Below are positions 39,481-54,156 of a stretch of 64,000 nucleotides of DNA, piece by piece. Location: positions 35,774,001 through 35,838,000 of the forward strand of contig OX597825.1 in NCBI GenBank assembly GCA_951406725.2. Reading direction: 5' to 3'. Below the pieces are notes generated by a model. The model worked only from the letters and a program-made list of their open reading frames with translations, was not told where the DNA came from and ran no database searches. Made by a program: the position numbers and the translations under genes. The stretch comes from Octopus vulgaris (Eukaryota). Every line of letters starts with the position of its first letter. Positions within the stretch are counted from its first letter, which is position 1.

Positions 39481-42400
39481 ACTCCAGTATGTGCTAATTT
39501 AGTTAACAGGCATTTTATCTTGATGTATGATCTCAACAAGTCTCCTCAAATCTCAAGGATCTTCCTTAGGATTCATACAGAATATAGGATGGTACTTTGA
39601 AGTAGCATTTTGAGTGTCATGCCAAATGCACCACTCACTACAGGAATAATTGTTGTCTTGGTCTTCCACAATCTCCCCAGATCTCTGGCTAGATCTTAAT
39701 ATTTCTTAATTTTTTCAATTTCTTTGATTTCAATACTGCTATCATAGGGAATTGCAAAATCTATGATCTCACACTGTTTATTTTGTCTTTTATGATCATA
39801 TCCAGCCTTCTTGTTTCAATAGTATGGTCAGTCTTTATGGCGAAGACTCCCAAGACCTTGTAATTCTCATTTCCTATCACAGTATCTTGTTTGTGTTCAT
39901 ACTACTTTTCTGTTGTTTTGAAGTCACACACTCGGTTAACACCCCAATGCACTTGTTTGCCTACACAGTCATGTTTGTGCTCACACTCATTTCTTGCTAG
40001 TATACTGCACTCCCTTCTTGCAGATTCTACATTTGCTGTCTGAATGAGTTTTGTCAATCCTTACCTTTAGCAGATTTGTTCAAAGAGCTTGTTCCTGAGC
40101 AGCTGTTATAAGCTTTTCTGCCTCTCATTTCATATTCCTGTCTATCAGCCAGAGCCAGCAATCTTTACTTCCAACATTCTTGGTTTTTTGCATGAATTGA
40201 CTATGTAGTGCCATTTCTTACCATTTCCTTGTTCTATTGTTCTTCCTATTCTCTTTGAATTCTTTTACTGTTTCAGTCACTTCTTGGGTATTCTTTTTTT
40301 ACTCTGCAGAGCATAATTTTTCAGACCCAGTATTGCAGTATTAACAATGTCTTCTTCATTTAGCAATTCTCTGTCACCTTTCTTTCTTTGTAGGTAGTGC
40401 CAGTCAGTATTTGTTATATCCTTAAAATGTTGGATTGTTATAACACCCACATCGGTATACAGTAAATTTAGTAAAACTAGTAAAGATACAATTATCTTAC
40501 TTATAGTGACTAGGTTATTCCAATCATCACATAGGAGGAGTGTACCATTATTACTAATTCCTGACAACATTTCTGCTTTTAAGTTTTTCTTAGGAAGTGT
40601 CATTTTATTTAGCAATACTTTTTTTATTCACCCCAACTCCCTTTTTTTATTTTTATTTTTTGTATAATTTAATATTTTTTGTACTTGGTATCTATTTTCA
40701 GGAACTCTGTATGTTTTCTTTTCCTCTCACTTGTACGTCTGGGTTCAATCATCTGCAGTGGTGTTGGTACTTGGAACGTATCATACAACCATTCCATCAG
40801 TTCCTCTAACTTCTTTGGACTGCTTTCCACGAATAGCTTTTTCAGTTGATTCTTGTGTCACTTATGTATGTCTTTTCTACTTTTTACCCAATACTTCATT
40901 TTAACTATGCATTTGGTAATTACACCATCTTTCTATCTCTGCTTTCCATTCTTGTATGCCCTCATTTACACCTTTACACCAACTTTAAAGAATTTTGCTA
41001 TGTCTTCCCTGGCACTTTTTCTTTCCTTGCCAGGTAACAATTTATCAAAGACTGATTTTACTTTCCATGCAAACATCAGCTCCACTGGTGATCTCCCTGC
41101 TGGTGTATTTAGATTTGGTGTCACACAGTACACTCTTAAAAATTGTTGTAGACTTACCTCATCCATGAATCTTTTATTCTAAGGGCTCTTTTGATGGTAT
41201 CAACAAAGTGTTCTGCCAGTCCATTAGATCCAGTATGGTATGGTGCTGTAGTCATATGTTCTACCATAAACATCTCACAAAATCTTTTAAATTTGCTGGA
41301 CACAAATCATGTTCCACTGTCAGACACTATCCTATCTGAGATGCCAAATCTTGCGAACAATTCATGTAAAAAATTTATCACAGTTGAGGAGGTTGGTTTT
41401 TTACACTTACAAATTTCAGACCATTTCGCAAAACTATCAACTATTACTAAGTTGTAATCACCATTTAAAGGACCAACAACATCGATGTGTATTCTTGACC
41501 ATGGAATATCTATTTTTGAACAATGTTTACTTTTTATCGTGGGTAATTTTCCATTTTGATTTGTTTTACATACAGGTGTTCCACTTTGTTTTATTGCAAT
41601 TTTTTGTTTCCGTCCCTCAGTCGCATTCGAACCTTCAAGTGAACCGACTATATTTCCACACAAAACATTTATGGGCATATTCCATACTTTGAATAGTTCC
41701 ATCCACTCTGTGCCAAATAAATTAAGTGAACTTTTTCACGCATATATCTTTGCCTTTTTCGTTTGACCTCGAAATGTTACATTGTATATGAATTCACCAT
41801 AAAAAATAAAATCTTTTTCCTATAACACCATGTGCTATCTTTTTTTATTTAATTAATTTCGGCTTACCGACATATTTCTAAATGTTTTTGTTTATAATGG
41901 AGATATTAGAAATACAAAAGTTAAAATGCAGTGTCCAATTGCATTTTAACACTTGTATTTCTGATTTTCACCTTCACAAATTTTCTCATTGTTATATTAC
42001 TAATTTCTTCTGATAACATACTATTTATTCATTTTCCTTTTTTCTGACATTTTGCCATCTTCATTCTACAGTGCGTCTTTATGTGTCCGATATTACCACA
42101 ACAAAAACACTCCACTTTTTTAAAAGGACGATTTTCCTCAGGTGTATACCTCCACATACAAAACATGAGTTTATTTCCTGACTTCTGTCATGTTTTTTAG
42201 AAAGCACTTTATATCTCTATTCTGACTATTCACACTTGTTTTACTTGGAAACAATCTTTATGTTCAATTTCCTCAATGTTGTGTCCTAATTTGATTATGC
42301 AATGTTGTGTTCTAATTTGATTATGCTACACTTGTTGTAGGGTTACATCCTGGTTTTGTTCCAGTTTAGCGAGAATTCTAGTTCTAATTTCTGCGTCCTT

Positions 42401-44660
42401 TTTAGCAGTAAGTCCCTGTGAAAAAAATCAGGCATTTGAAAATATCTGATGTTAATTCATCCAGCTTAAACTTCTCACATTCCCTGTTTACAGCATATGT
42501 TATGTAGTCCTCGTCATTGTTTTTCTCTGTGTTCAAACACTTCCTCATTCTTCTGTCTAGCTTTACTAATTCAATTTTTATCCAATCTGCAATATCTTCT
42601 GAGTATATGATACTGTAATGATACTGCCCAAGTATTTATAGCTTTCACTAGATTCAGACCATTTAGCTCTAACTTCATTAGCTTCCTCACCCTTCTGATG
42701 TACTCCTTTTCAGTTTTTGTTTTCATTTCTATAGTTAGTACTCTGTCAGATTCTAATACTCCCAGATACTTATAACTCTCTCCTTCTTTCTGTGATTTTA
42801 ATGCCTGGCCATCTGGTAATTAGATGCCATCACTATTGACTACCAGTCCCCTTTTCATGACTAATATTGCACACTTATCTATGCCAAATTCCAAGCTTAT
42901 AGCTTTGCTGAAGAGTCTTACATTCTATATAAAGAAAGTTGTTTCTTTTTCATTCTTACTAAAAAGCTTCAGATCATCCATGTAGAGCAAATGGTTAATT
43001 TTTCCCTTACTGTTTCTGAACTGGTACCCTGCCATTGCCTTCCTTAATACTAAACTGATGGGGGTGGGAGTCAAACATAAGACAAATATTAAAGGGGACA
43101 ATGAGTCCCTCTGGGAAATTCCTCTCTTGATATTAACTTTTCCTAAGACTGTATCACTTGAGTAGAGATCTACTTTCTATTTCTTCATGCTAAAGCTAAA
43201 TAAATGTCTTATGTTGTCTGCTTTACTGAATATACTCAAACATTCACTTATCCATGAGTGTAGGATCATGTCAAAGACCTTCTAAATCTATCCATGCTAT
43301 TGTTGGATTTTTCTTTCTAGATTTTAGTTCATTCAGATGAATATAATAGATCATGCACCCGCTAGCCTTCTTCTTGCAACCTTTGTGTTCTCCTGGCAGT
43401 AATTTCTGGTTGTCAAGGTGCTCATAAGGGCTTTCTGAAAGCATTCCTGTTAACAGCTTCCAAACTAATGGTAAACAAGTGATTGGTCTATAACTGCTAG
43501 CTATATTACCCTTGCTTTTGTCTTTCATAAGGAGTATTGTTCTCCCTCTCATCATACAGTCTTGTATTATTCCTCCATTAAAGCAATCTTGAAGTTGTTC
43601 CCTCAGCCTACTAAATTTCTTTAACCGTACTCTTGAACTAAATTTAGTCCTGGGCCCTTCCAATTTGGTATTTTCCCTAATGCTTTACACATTAATGCAC
43701 TAGTTAGTCTTAAACCTCGCTGCTTCTCACTCACTACTTCTTCCCTCACTTTCTTTTACCATACTGCATCTCCATTATGATCAACTGGCTTATCCCAAAT
43801 ATTACTCCAAAATTTTCTAACTTCTGCATTAGATTTCTCATATTCATTACTTTCTTTCCCACTATTTATTTGGCTATAAAATCTCTTCTGGTTTGTCTTA
43901 AATAATATATTCTGTTGATACTGATATATTCTTTTTCTGATATCTGGAAAGCTTACCTGCTACTCTTCTATGATTGACCCAAATCCTTTGTCTTTGACTA
44001 AGCATCTTTTCTCAAGAAAAGATATAAATCTTGTATTTCCTAACTTGTTCAGTTTCCAGACTTCTATTCTACTTAGGTCTTGTCTTAAAGTCTTCACTTT
44101 ATTTTATAGTCTCCTTTTCCCCATTTGCTCTTTTCTAATCTTTCCTTGTGGAATATCTAATCTTCTAGTAACTGCTACTCCTCCTGCATAGATAAAAAAT
44201 ATCTGTCCTACTGATAACAGAATCTACTTTCCTAGTCACATCTAGCAGCTTCCTTCTGTTGGTACTTTTTAATGCTGGCAATCTTTTTCTTACATCTTTA
44301 CTCATTACTTCCTGCAACTCATCTAAAATCTTCTGATCTTCCTCACTTAAATCACTTAAAACTCTGGTGCTGGTAGTCCCTTTCTTGTTAGTAGTACAAT
44401 TGTTATTTTTATAGGTTCTTCTTTGGTTTGAACTGTATCTTTTATGTTGTTGTTTCCTTTTCCTACTTTCTGGCCTTTCTTTTCCTATTCCTTTGTGATC
44501 TCTTCCACCTCCAATTCTGTCATTCACTTGCTTCTAATAGCATTAGCTTGATCTACTAATCTTTGCTCAGTCACTTTAAACATACAATTCTCTATCCAAA
44601 GTGTTAACATCTGTTTTCTATAGCACCTTCCTTTAGGTTCGCTTTTATAATACTAATACT
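39481..44660 (-). mobile_element. R4/Dong LINE split by a nested Gypsy remnant (R4 parts ~39481-40411 and ~42535-44660)
   Basis: ORF 43271-43663 has GRTILLMKDK...YRPITCLP..WKLLT...AWID. GISQRDSLSPL..., NHLLYMDDLKLF and YKYLG motifs at 42600-43150. Endonuclease part at 39480-40400. Confidence 0.85.
40412..42535 (-). mobile_element. Ty3/Gypsy LTR retrotransposon remnant (gag zinc knuckle, integrase, 3' LTR)
   Basis: Integrase PWSRIHID..GP....LVIVDSFAKW...LFARFG....IVSD.G...APYH..SNGLAE (41200-41500); CFCCGNIGH...C knuckle (~42070-42110); purine tract then a TGTT...AACA 158-bp LTR at 40569-40412. Confidence 0.85.
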
Positions 44661-44671
44661 AATAATAATAA

Positions 44672-44947
44672 TCATCATCATCATCATCGTTTAACGTCCG
44701 TTCTCCATACTAGCATGGGTTGGACGGTTCGACCGGGGATCTGGGAAGCCAGAAGGCTGCACCAGGCTCCAGTCTGATATGGCAGTGTTTCTACAGCTGG
44801 ATGCCTTTCCTAACGCCAACCACTCCGTGAGTGTAGTGGGTGCTTTTTACGTGCCACCTGCACAGGTGCCAGGCGAGGCTGGCAACGGCCACGATCGGAT
44901 TGGTGCATTTTACATGCCACTGACACGGAAGCCAGTCGAGGCAGCAC
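44672..44947 (-). mobile_element. RTE LINE 3' end; further copies at 58339-58602(+) and an ORF C-terminal fragment at 47598-47895(+)
   Basis: Nearly identical to the tail at 62392-62670, ending ...GGACGTTAAACGATGATGATG. Confidence 0.85.
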
Positions 44948-44958
44948 TAATAATAATA

Positions 44959-45002
<44 letters not shown>

Positions 45003-45009
45003 TATTATT

Positions 45010-45909
45010 ATTCCAGGGCTATTACATACTAATTTAATTCACAGGAATGTTATCTTGAGGTTTGATGACAAGAGGTCTCTCCAATTCACAAGAACCATTC
45101 TTAAAAAGCTTGCAGAATACAAGATGGCACTTTTCTTCTGTTCAACAATGCAAGTCTCAGTTCCATTATTTTTCAGTTTCTCGGGTAGCAGTTTGGGTAA
45201 TGTACCAAGTGCACCAATCACTATGGAAATAATTGTTGTCTTAGTCTACCACATTCTCTTCAATTCCTCATATTTCTCAATTTTTTTAATTTCTATCATA
45301 TGGTATACCAAAATCTATTATTATTATTACTATTATTATTATTATTATTATCATTGAGTGAGAGAGCAGTTCATGCCATCAAAGTGACACTGGGGTAAAA
45401 TATACGAAGCCCAATATACCCATCATGACTACCCGTCTGATAAAGGTACACCAGGCACATGCATCACAACCATATGTGCACGACATGGTGATCTCATATC
45501 AAGATAAACAGCACATGACCTTGCAGGTGGGGCCCAGTTAGAATTTTCTTCAGGTTGAGTAGCCCATCCCACTCAAACGGTCCCTGAATAAGGGTTGTTT
45601 AAGGATGTTGAAAGAACCACCCATGTTTCCAGAGGTGAACTATTCAAACCCCAAAGAATCCCTCTCAACACATGGCTATGATGCTCCCCCACTACTTCTG
45701 CTCGTGATCAGAGATGTACATATCGTCAGCCACTAAGGGACATGCTCAACTGGTTATGGTCAAACAACTGACAAGCAAATCTGTGGTATTGAGCAGAATA
45801 TTTGCTGTAGCCCATCTTTTATACCAAGACAAAACAATGTACATGATAACACTTCCAATCAGTTAAGATCAGAAGCCATGAGAGCCACTGCCTGGTACTG
45901 CATCAGGGC

Positions 45910-45973
<64 letters not shown>

Positions 45974-46430
45974 TAGTATTTTTGTTATCACTTGCTTTCA
46001 CTGCACCACTTAGTTTGTTTTGGGGTTCTTATTTTCACTATACTGAAAGTGCTTTACGTAAGATGAGTGCAATGCTATGCATTGCACCTGTTTTCCTTGA
46101 CTTCTCTGTATGTGTGTATTGGCATATCTCAGACTATGGTTGCTTTGTCATTTTCTGAGACCTTTTCTGAGGTATACTAATACCATTTTTTTCCACGGTC
46201 ATTTCATACTACTGGCACAACTTCCAGTATATATCGGTCCCAATTGTATCATGTCTGTGGATGTATTCCTTCTTAACCTGGACTGGGCAGCCAGAGACCA
46301 TATTCTTTTTTGTTTCTTCCTCATTATCACATATTCTGTAGTTACTTATAGTAATTTTCTTTGTTACATGTTCTTGGTGATTTCTGGTGAGCAGGCTTTG
46401 ATCTTGTGCCACAAGATCAAATTTGACGTC
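45010..46430 (-). mobile_element. Two R4/Dong 3' fragments (45010-45320, 45970-46430) flanking the 550-bp element, separated by (ATT)n
   Basis: IVIGALGT...QKKSAILYSA (endonuclease C-terminus); AQDQSLLTRN...CRI-like, SGCPV..KKEYIHRHD. Confidence 0.75.
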
Positions 46431-46518
46431 GATATTACTTAGTTTGGTTTGAAATAAAGAACTTGATTAGCTTAATAATCCTAAACTTAATCCCGGGCAA
46501 GGCCGGGTTATACTGCTA

Positions 46519-46558
<40 letters not shown>

Positions 46559-48088
46559 CAATAAGAAAATGGAGGAGAACAATAGGTGGTTATATTATGT
46601 TAACTTATTTATTTATTTATTAAACTGATAATTACAATAATATACATACATATAACATTATTCTTTACATATAAGATATAAAATATTGTAATATATAAGG
46701 ATACCAGTAATTATTATAAAAAACATGAATATAAATTGGTAAAATAACATCTATATTAATACATTTATATATATATATTAGAAGAAATGAGGTACTCAGA
46801 AAATCAGATGGTTTATATTTACAGATATTTATTCGTATATTACATTTTTTATATATCATATAACTTAGTACATTCTAGTGGGGTTTTCAAATCAAACTAA
46901 GTTCCTGTGTGAGTAGTTTTGACCATTTTATAGTAGTATTGAGTTTATAGTGGTGGGGAGGAATATAAGACAGTACAAGAGGGTGATGGATGAGGAGAAA
47001 ATGAGAGAGAGAACATGTGTGTATCTGTAAATATCTGTAAATATAAACCATCCGATTTTCTGAGTACCTCATTTCTTCTAATATATAATACCTGTACATC
47101 ATCTCCAAACCTTCCAACATAATATATATATATATATATATATATATGTAATAATTAGATGTTTACAAATTATATGAATGTGTGTGTGCTCAATTTTCTA
47201 ATGGAATGCAGATGCAGACATTTAAACCAAGTTTCAATAACTCATTATAAAGGAAAATTGCCCTTCATAAAATATAGAATATGTTTATTGGACCCATTTT
47301 CAAATATTTCAAAGACCCATATATGTGTGTGTGTGTGAAAAAATATACATACACATCCATCCATATATATATATAAATATATATAAATATGTATGTATGT
47401 ATGTTTACGTATGTATGAATGTATGTATGTTTATGTATGTATGTATGTATGTATGTTTATGTATGTATGTATGTATGTATGTTTATGTATGCATGTTTAT
47501 GTATGTATGTATGTTTATGTATGTATGTATGTATGTGTGTGTGTGTGTGTATGTATATATATATGTATGTATGTAAGTTTGTATGTATGTATACCCATAC
47601 ACGACAGAGTGTAAGTACCCTGAGAGAAATATCAGATGTGGTGTGCAAGAGAGACAACTGCACTGGCATAGTCACGTGTTATATATCGATGAGGGCAGAC
47701 ACCCTAACAGTGGAAGTAGCCAATGGAAGAGGTAGACCCAGGAAGACCTGGGACTAGGTGGTGAAGCATGACCTTCGGACGTTGGGCCTCACAGAAGCAT
47801 GACAGGTGACTGAGACGTTTGGAGATATGTTGTGCTTGAGAAGATCTCGCAAGCCAAGTGAGACCATAGCTGTGGCCTATGCCAGTGTCGCAGCAAGCCT
47901 TCTTCTATCATACTCTCAATTTTGGTCAACTTGCACCACAGGGTCTCAGAGGAGATAGTGTTAGCTGAAGGCTACTAAACCTGCCACGCACACACAGAGA
48001 CAACTTCAGCTTTATATATATAGATATATATATATGCATGTATATATATATACATATATACATACATATACATATATATAGACTTACC

Positions 48089-48120
<32 letters not shown>

Positions 48121-50968
48121 CATACATACACATATATACATATACATGCACACACACACACACACATACACACACACATACAGCAAATCAAATATAAAAG
48201 ACAATGAAACACAAAGAAAGCAACAAAAGTGCAACAGATATTCACAGTTATTATCATTAGGCTGACGTTCAAAGAGGAGAGCTATGAAGTAAAAGTCTAG
48301 CACTTCAGACATAATACTTCTTTGGATATACAAAGAGAACACCAAGGAAGGTGGGAAAGAACAAAGGAACAGAGAAGGAACCAAGAAACACATATGTAGG
48401 TAACTTACATGATCAATCTCCTTAATCATACATTAAAAATGTTGATTTCACAACGATATTATTTTTTTTAAATATTATTGTAGAAAAGGCTAGGTATTTG
48501 TCTACATTAGACAGGACTCTAATATCACTTTCATATGCATATATGATGAAGTCACTCACCTACAATGATTCAAAAGCAGCCAGTAATGGGGAAATAATAG
48601 TATTACTAAATAGCCCACACAAATAGTTTGTGTTATGTGGAGTTTGTGATGTGACTATTCCATTCCCTCCAAATTATGGAATCTGAAGTGGGATGCTGTG
48701 TGCAACATATTAGGGCAGATAACTAGGGAGAAGGCTGAGATGCAAAACAAGAACAAATTGGTGCAGCTTTCCCTTACTGTTGCAGTTTACTTCTTATAGG
48801 GAGTAATGTTTGCTGAAATTTGGCTAATAATTATAATAAGCACATGCCTGAGTAGACCAGAGATACAAACCAGAATGCACAAATTAACATACATAACCAC
48901 AATGTAATGCATAAAATGGTGCGGTGATGATAACTCAAATCATTCAAGTCTCCAGTTTGCAGACAGGGGAATGGCTTGTAGATATCCAGGTGGTCCTGGA
49001 CAAAATTATGGGTTGCCTTTTGTCAAGGCATTGCACACATCAGCCACCCTGTGAAGATCATGGTGAAATCCTAAAACCTTGAAAAGAGCATAAATTCCAT
49101 TATCACTGGAATGCAGGATAGTAGCAGGGAATGGAATACATGACATGAAACACTTTATCTTTGAAATTCTTCCCAACTCATGGAACAAATTACACCTTTC
49201 TCAAACTTGGTCAGGGAAACAGGTCAGTTTGAGTGGTATTCCAAATTGACTATAGGACCTACGACCATAGATGAGATATTAGCAATCAAAGGACATTGAA
49301 AATTTCCCAAGTAGCCTTGACCAGATGATGGTGACTGCTTAAAATTATCTGCAACAGTGGTTGAGATTTTTACAACAGGTTTACACATTCATTACCAGTA
49401 GCCTATGGTACAGGACACAATCTCCTATGGGTACTTTTCTTGAAATTTTCCAAAATAATATCTGCTTATCTTAACTATTTCTAAATAACCATTGACCCTA
49501 TATTTGGGTTATCCATCTTGTTATTCTCCTGCTGGATTTCTAACAACCCTAACAGTCCTTCTCACAAGGTGAACTTCGTGCAAATGCCAATTTAGTCACA
49601 GACATCCTAATTATGCAACAAGTTGCACTGGATTACCTATTACCAATAACACTTAAAAACAACCTGACATGTACAAGGGGGATATTGAAAAGCTTCTGGC
49701 TTTAAGGGTATCAGGAAAGGCCTGGTTGGAGATCCAACCTTTCAAGTTCTTTTACAGAGGTCAGAAAAGCTGAAGGACTGCTTCTATAAGGGAATGAATC
49801 TGAAGGTAGAATATGTTGAATAAAATCATAATTAACTGATCCTCCTGTATTTTCTTTTACTCAAAGCCAGGAACTTTTCAGCACCCCCTCATATGTATGA
49901 GTGTGTGTGTATGTGCTTGGTCCTACTTTTATATGGTTTGCTGGTTTCTGAAGTAATATGTGCCACATATCATTACATATGTGACTGTGGTTATTTCAAC
50001 TCTAGGATATTTTGTTTGGTTGCACATGTGGAAATTTTAAAGTTTAGTGAAAATTTTAAAATTTGGTCATGTAATTTTCTACATTGAAGATCAGGGGATA
50101 ATTCACTTTTTCCAGAAAAATTTTTTTTAAACAGTTACAGTGGTTTAAAGTTTGATTGTTTTTACCTAGTCAGAAAACAAGATTTGGAATCTGTCATTTT
50201 GTGCATGACTGCACGTTTTGTCAAATGTAAACAATATTGAAATAATGAAATATTGACAGAATTCTACTTTATGCATACCATAAAACTCCACATCACTTTT
50301 TTGGTTTTGAGAATTTTCAGAAAATTTTTGTGAATTTGTATTCTGCGCATGTGAATTCACATGATTATGCAAAGACCAAACAAAAAGAGTTTTGGTGCAT
50401 GATTTAAGGCCTATTTAGCTATTATTTTTAGCACATCTCATGACCCCTCATACCTCATGTGGTTTAAATATTTAATAAGCTAAAAATGACCACATGGGTA
50501 ATCAGCCTGGTAACAGCTTGGATTGTTACTATGGAAACTGGCACTTATATGTTTGTTGTTTATGATTGGCTAAAATTACCCAAATTTTGAAAAATTTTAA
50601 AGTTATTAACTCTTTACTTACTGATTTATAGCAAACATGAATTTCATGTCAATGATTACCATACAAAACTACATTATTATACCAAATATGAAACAAATTG
50701 GAGCAAAAATTGAAGAAACTGGAAAGTGATTGCCAAACAGAAAAGATCCCAAGTCTGCTTTAGATTTACACATAAAAAGGTTAAATGCCAAAACATATTT
50801 TCCAAAAATTAAAAAAAGGGGATAAAAGGTAAAAATTTAAGAGAGGAAAACAACACAAACGTAAGTGATGGCTTTTACTACTGCCACCATGAAAGTGAAT
50901 CTGTCATAAAGATTTCTTTTTCAGTGTATTACCAATGTTTGGTAATATGTATTCTTTGTTCATCTAGA

Positions 50969-51005
50969 TTATATGAAACTAGTAGTGCTTTCATAGTATG
51001 AAGGG
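50969..51005 (-). CDS. Gene 2 terminal coding exon: (C)PSYYESTTSFI*
   Basis: Minus-strand tcttttgcag acceptor; 37 nt; paralogous to 35516-35552. Confidence 0.85.
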
Positions 51006-51035
51006 CTGCAAAAGATAAGGATAAAGAAGATTTTG

Positions 51036-51036
51036 A

Positions 51037-51081
<45 letters not shown>

Positions 51082-51085
51082 CAGT

Positions 51086-51126
<41 letters not shown>

Positions 51127-51127
51127 C

Positions 51128-51165
<38 letters not shown>

Positions 51166-51195
51166 TAGTAGTAGTAGCAGCAGCGGCAACAGTAG
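51036..51195. repeat. Compound trinucleotide microsatellite (TAT)n(CAG)n(TAG)n
   Basis: Seen directly; lies just upstream of the gene 2 last-exon acceptor. Confidence 0.9.
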
Positions 51196-51212
51196 TATCT
51201 GTTTGCTTGTAT

Positions 51213-51245
<33 letters not shown>

Positions 51246-51540
51246 CACACATATATATATTGTATTTATATATATATATACTAGCAGTATTGCCCGGCAT
51301 TGTGGTTTGTTTAGACCCTTTACAATTGGAATTTTTGAAAAGTAAAAATTTGGCAGTATGTAGCTTGTTATTCTCTTTAAGTGAAATACACCAAAAAATG
51401 GTGACACAGCAGTCAAAACATCATAAAAAATAGGGATTTTCATAGAAAAAAGGCACCTTTTTGATGTAAATAATTTTTGGTGTTAACATGGTCCGATTTG
51501 AATTTTTTCTTCTACAGAAGGAAGAGTTTATCATACTCTC

Positions 51541-51571
<31 letters not shown>

Positions 51572-51744
51572 TATACATACAGATATATATGATGATATAT
51601 ATATATATATATATATTAATACGAAAAAACCCTCCAGGCTACATCCCGAAAATTCATTTCTTTGCCGAATTTCTACAATGTTTATGGCGATTCGTTTTTA
51701 TATCTTGATTTTTTATTTTTCATGCAATTTACGCATGCTTGCAC

Positions 51745-52152
51745 GCATGGTGAACACAGAAAGGGTATCATCTATCACGATAGTGCTCATCCTCACACAG
51801 CTCGACTGACTAAAACTCTCTTGGAAGAACTTGGTTGGGAAATACTGCCTCATCCTCCATATTTTCCTGACCTTCCTCCTTCTGATTACCATTTGTTCCA
51901 AGGACTACAGAACAATTTTGATGGACTTAGGTTAACAACAAGAGAAGAGATTGAAAATGAGTTGGATTCATATTTTGGTTCTAAACCTACAAAATTTTAC
52001 AAGCAAGGCATTTATAAGGTTGTTGAAAGATGGAATGGGATCATTGAAAGCAATGGAGAGTATGTTAATAAATAAATATTTCCATAGTCATTGGCTTATT
52101 CATTTTTACTTTAGATCTTTAAATTGGACATTACTTTTGCACCAACCTGATA
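51745..52152 (+). mobile_element. Mariner transposase 3' fragment with right TIR
   Basis: HDSAHPHTA...LGWEILPHPPYFPDLPPSDYHLF (DD34D end)...GI..VERW...NGEY; TIR GGACATTACTTTTGCACCAACCTGA followed by TA. Confidence 0.9.
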
Positions 52153-53186
52153 TATATATATACATATATATAATAAACACTTTCTGTCTATCAAATTTAC
52201 ACACAAAGCATTAGTTGGTCTGTGGCTACAGTAAATATAATGACAGACACATCACCAAGGTGCTGTGTGGTAGAAGGGAACCCGAAACCACATGACTGCA
52301 AAATACACTTCTTACCTGCAGTTATACACACTCATCAAAGTAACCTATATTAGCCAATAATGTCCTTTAGTGACCTGTAGCAAGTTACAATTATAACATG
52401 GTAATATCAAGACTACACTTATTTAGTGATAATCTTTGGCAAGTACAATAGAGTTAATGTCTTGCCAAAAAAATCTAAGATTGAAACTTACTTGGAGTTG
52501 TCTCTCATACTTGCTGAATATATTAAAATACTACATGTCATGCAGCTAGTGTTGTCTTTTCCTCACTGCATAAGTATTTCTAATCTAATTAGACTTATTC
52601 CCACTACCTTATATATGTTATCACTTATTCAACTACTGTTTTACATATCTACAGATAGTGATATAATTTGTCCATATGTTAACCATCCTTTATTGGATGG
52701 TTAACCATCTTTCAATAATCCTTTATTGTGCAAACAGGATCTCTAACTTTTGATGACCATACCATCTTTTGATATAAATTTTTGTTTAAATTTTCCAATA
52801 TTTCCTTTATGAAGATGGTAGGGTGTGATTTAAGGATTTTCACTGCATTCTAGCAGACCAAGCAAGAATGAGTAGAATTTAAGACAAAAGTTTGATACAA
52901 ATGTTTAGTAATTCACACATTCAACAGCTCTCCACTTTCTTTGAAACCAAATCAGGGAGGGAAAGCAATTTGAATAAAGAAGGGATGGTGATTTGAATCA
53001 GAAAGGAAATGTGATTTAAATCCTGAAGAGTTTGTTTGCATCAAGAGGGAAGACCAATGCTAAATACTTTTATTCCCCAAATAACTAAGATTGAATCAAG
53101 AAATTCTTGGGGCAAAAATGCATTTCAGTAGAAAATACAAACAAAAGCTGTAAGATTATATAAAACTATTATGAAATAATACATAC

Positions 53187-54156
53187 CAGTCAAACGATTT
53201 GGTACCACATGGTGGACATACATTTTGTGGCTGGTCACATGTTCCATTTAGTGAATTGAATCGTGTTCCATTCAGTTGATTAGTACACTGAGTCAACCCA
53301 AGGAACTTCTGTTGACTGCATTCATAGAAGCCAAAGCATTCTGCTTCTGGTGATTTGTAGCGTCCATCCTTTTTGTTGACACAAAGATTCTCACATTGTT
53401 TTGATGAAATGCTGAAGGTCTGACCCTTTGGACATGTTCCAAAATAAATAAACAATCCTTGATGGCATTCATAATACTGGGAGCTTGAGGAATTATGAAG
53501 ATAAAAGCCAGTCGAACGATTTTTACAAGGGTTGTCTTGAATACCGCATGGTTTGATTTGTGATTCGATTCCCTTTACACAGCTATGCAGATAAGGGTTG
53601 AAAGCTTGCTCAGTAGAACAAGTACGAAACTCCTGGAAGGCAGATTGGTTGCACACAAAATAATATGTACAACGGCCATCTAAGTCAGCATATAAACCAT
53701 CTTGTCTCCCCACACAACTGGGTGGATTACCCGATCCACATGGGGGAGAAACTTGATCTGGTGATTGGCATGTCTTTAAAACAGGATTGAAGGTCATTCC
53801 ACTACTGCATGAAGAGTGACCTTGAAATTTAGTGTTGTTACACTGGAAGTAATGGTCACAGCGGCCTATTTCATCAGGGTAATATCCATCAGCACGAAAT
53901 CTACAGTCAGGTCTCATTCCACCTTCTTCTTTCCGAAGATTGAAGAAACTAACACACTTATTTTCACTAGGTGAAAATAAAGGTTGTCCTGAGCAACTAT
54001 GGTAAGCAATGAGTCTTTCTAGATAGCAGGTAATATATGATCCAGAAGGAAATGTTCTTTCTCGCGTGTAATTTCCATCAGGCAGGCCCAGACAGGTACT
54101 GTCTCTTATGCAAGGTATGCAGTGAGCACGCTGACAAGAGTAACCAGAATAATCAC
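53187..54156 (-). CDS. Gene 2 large exon: paralogous multi-CBM14 chitin-binding protein
   Basis: ttacactttaag acceptor. (C)DYSGYSCQRAHCIPC...LPDG... is continuous with ORF 53917-53156; donor TG|gtatgt. Same phases and Cys pattern as gene 1. Confidence 0.92.

Noticed and set aside
51033-51443. Poly-A/V/L/T/C/Y ORFs as a low-complexity protein
   Set aside because: They arise from the compound trinucleotide repeat inside the last intron of gene 2.
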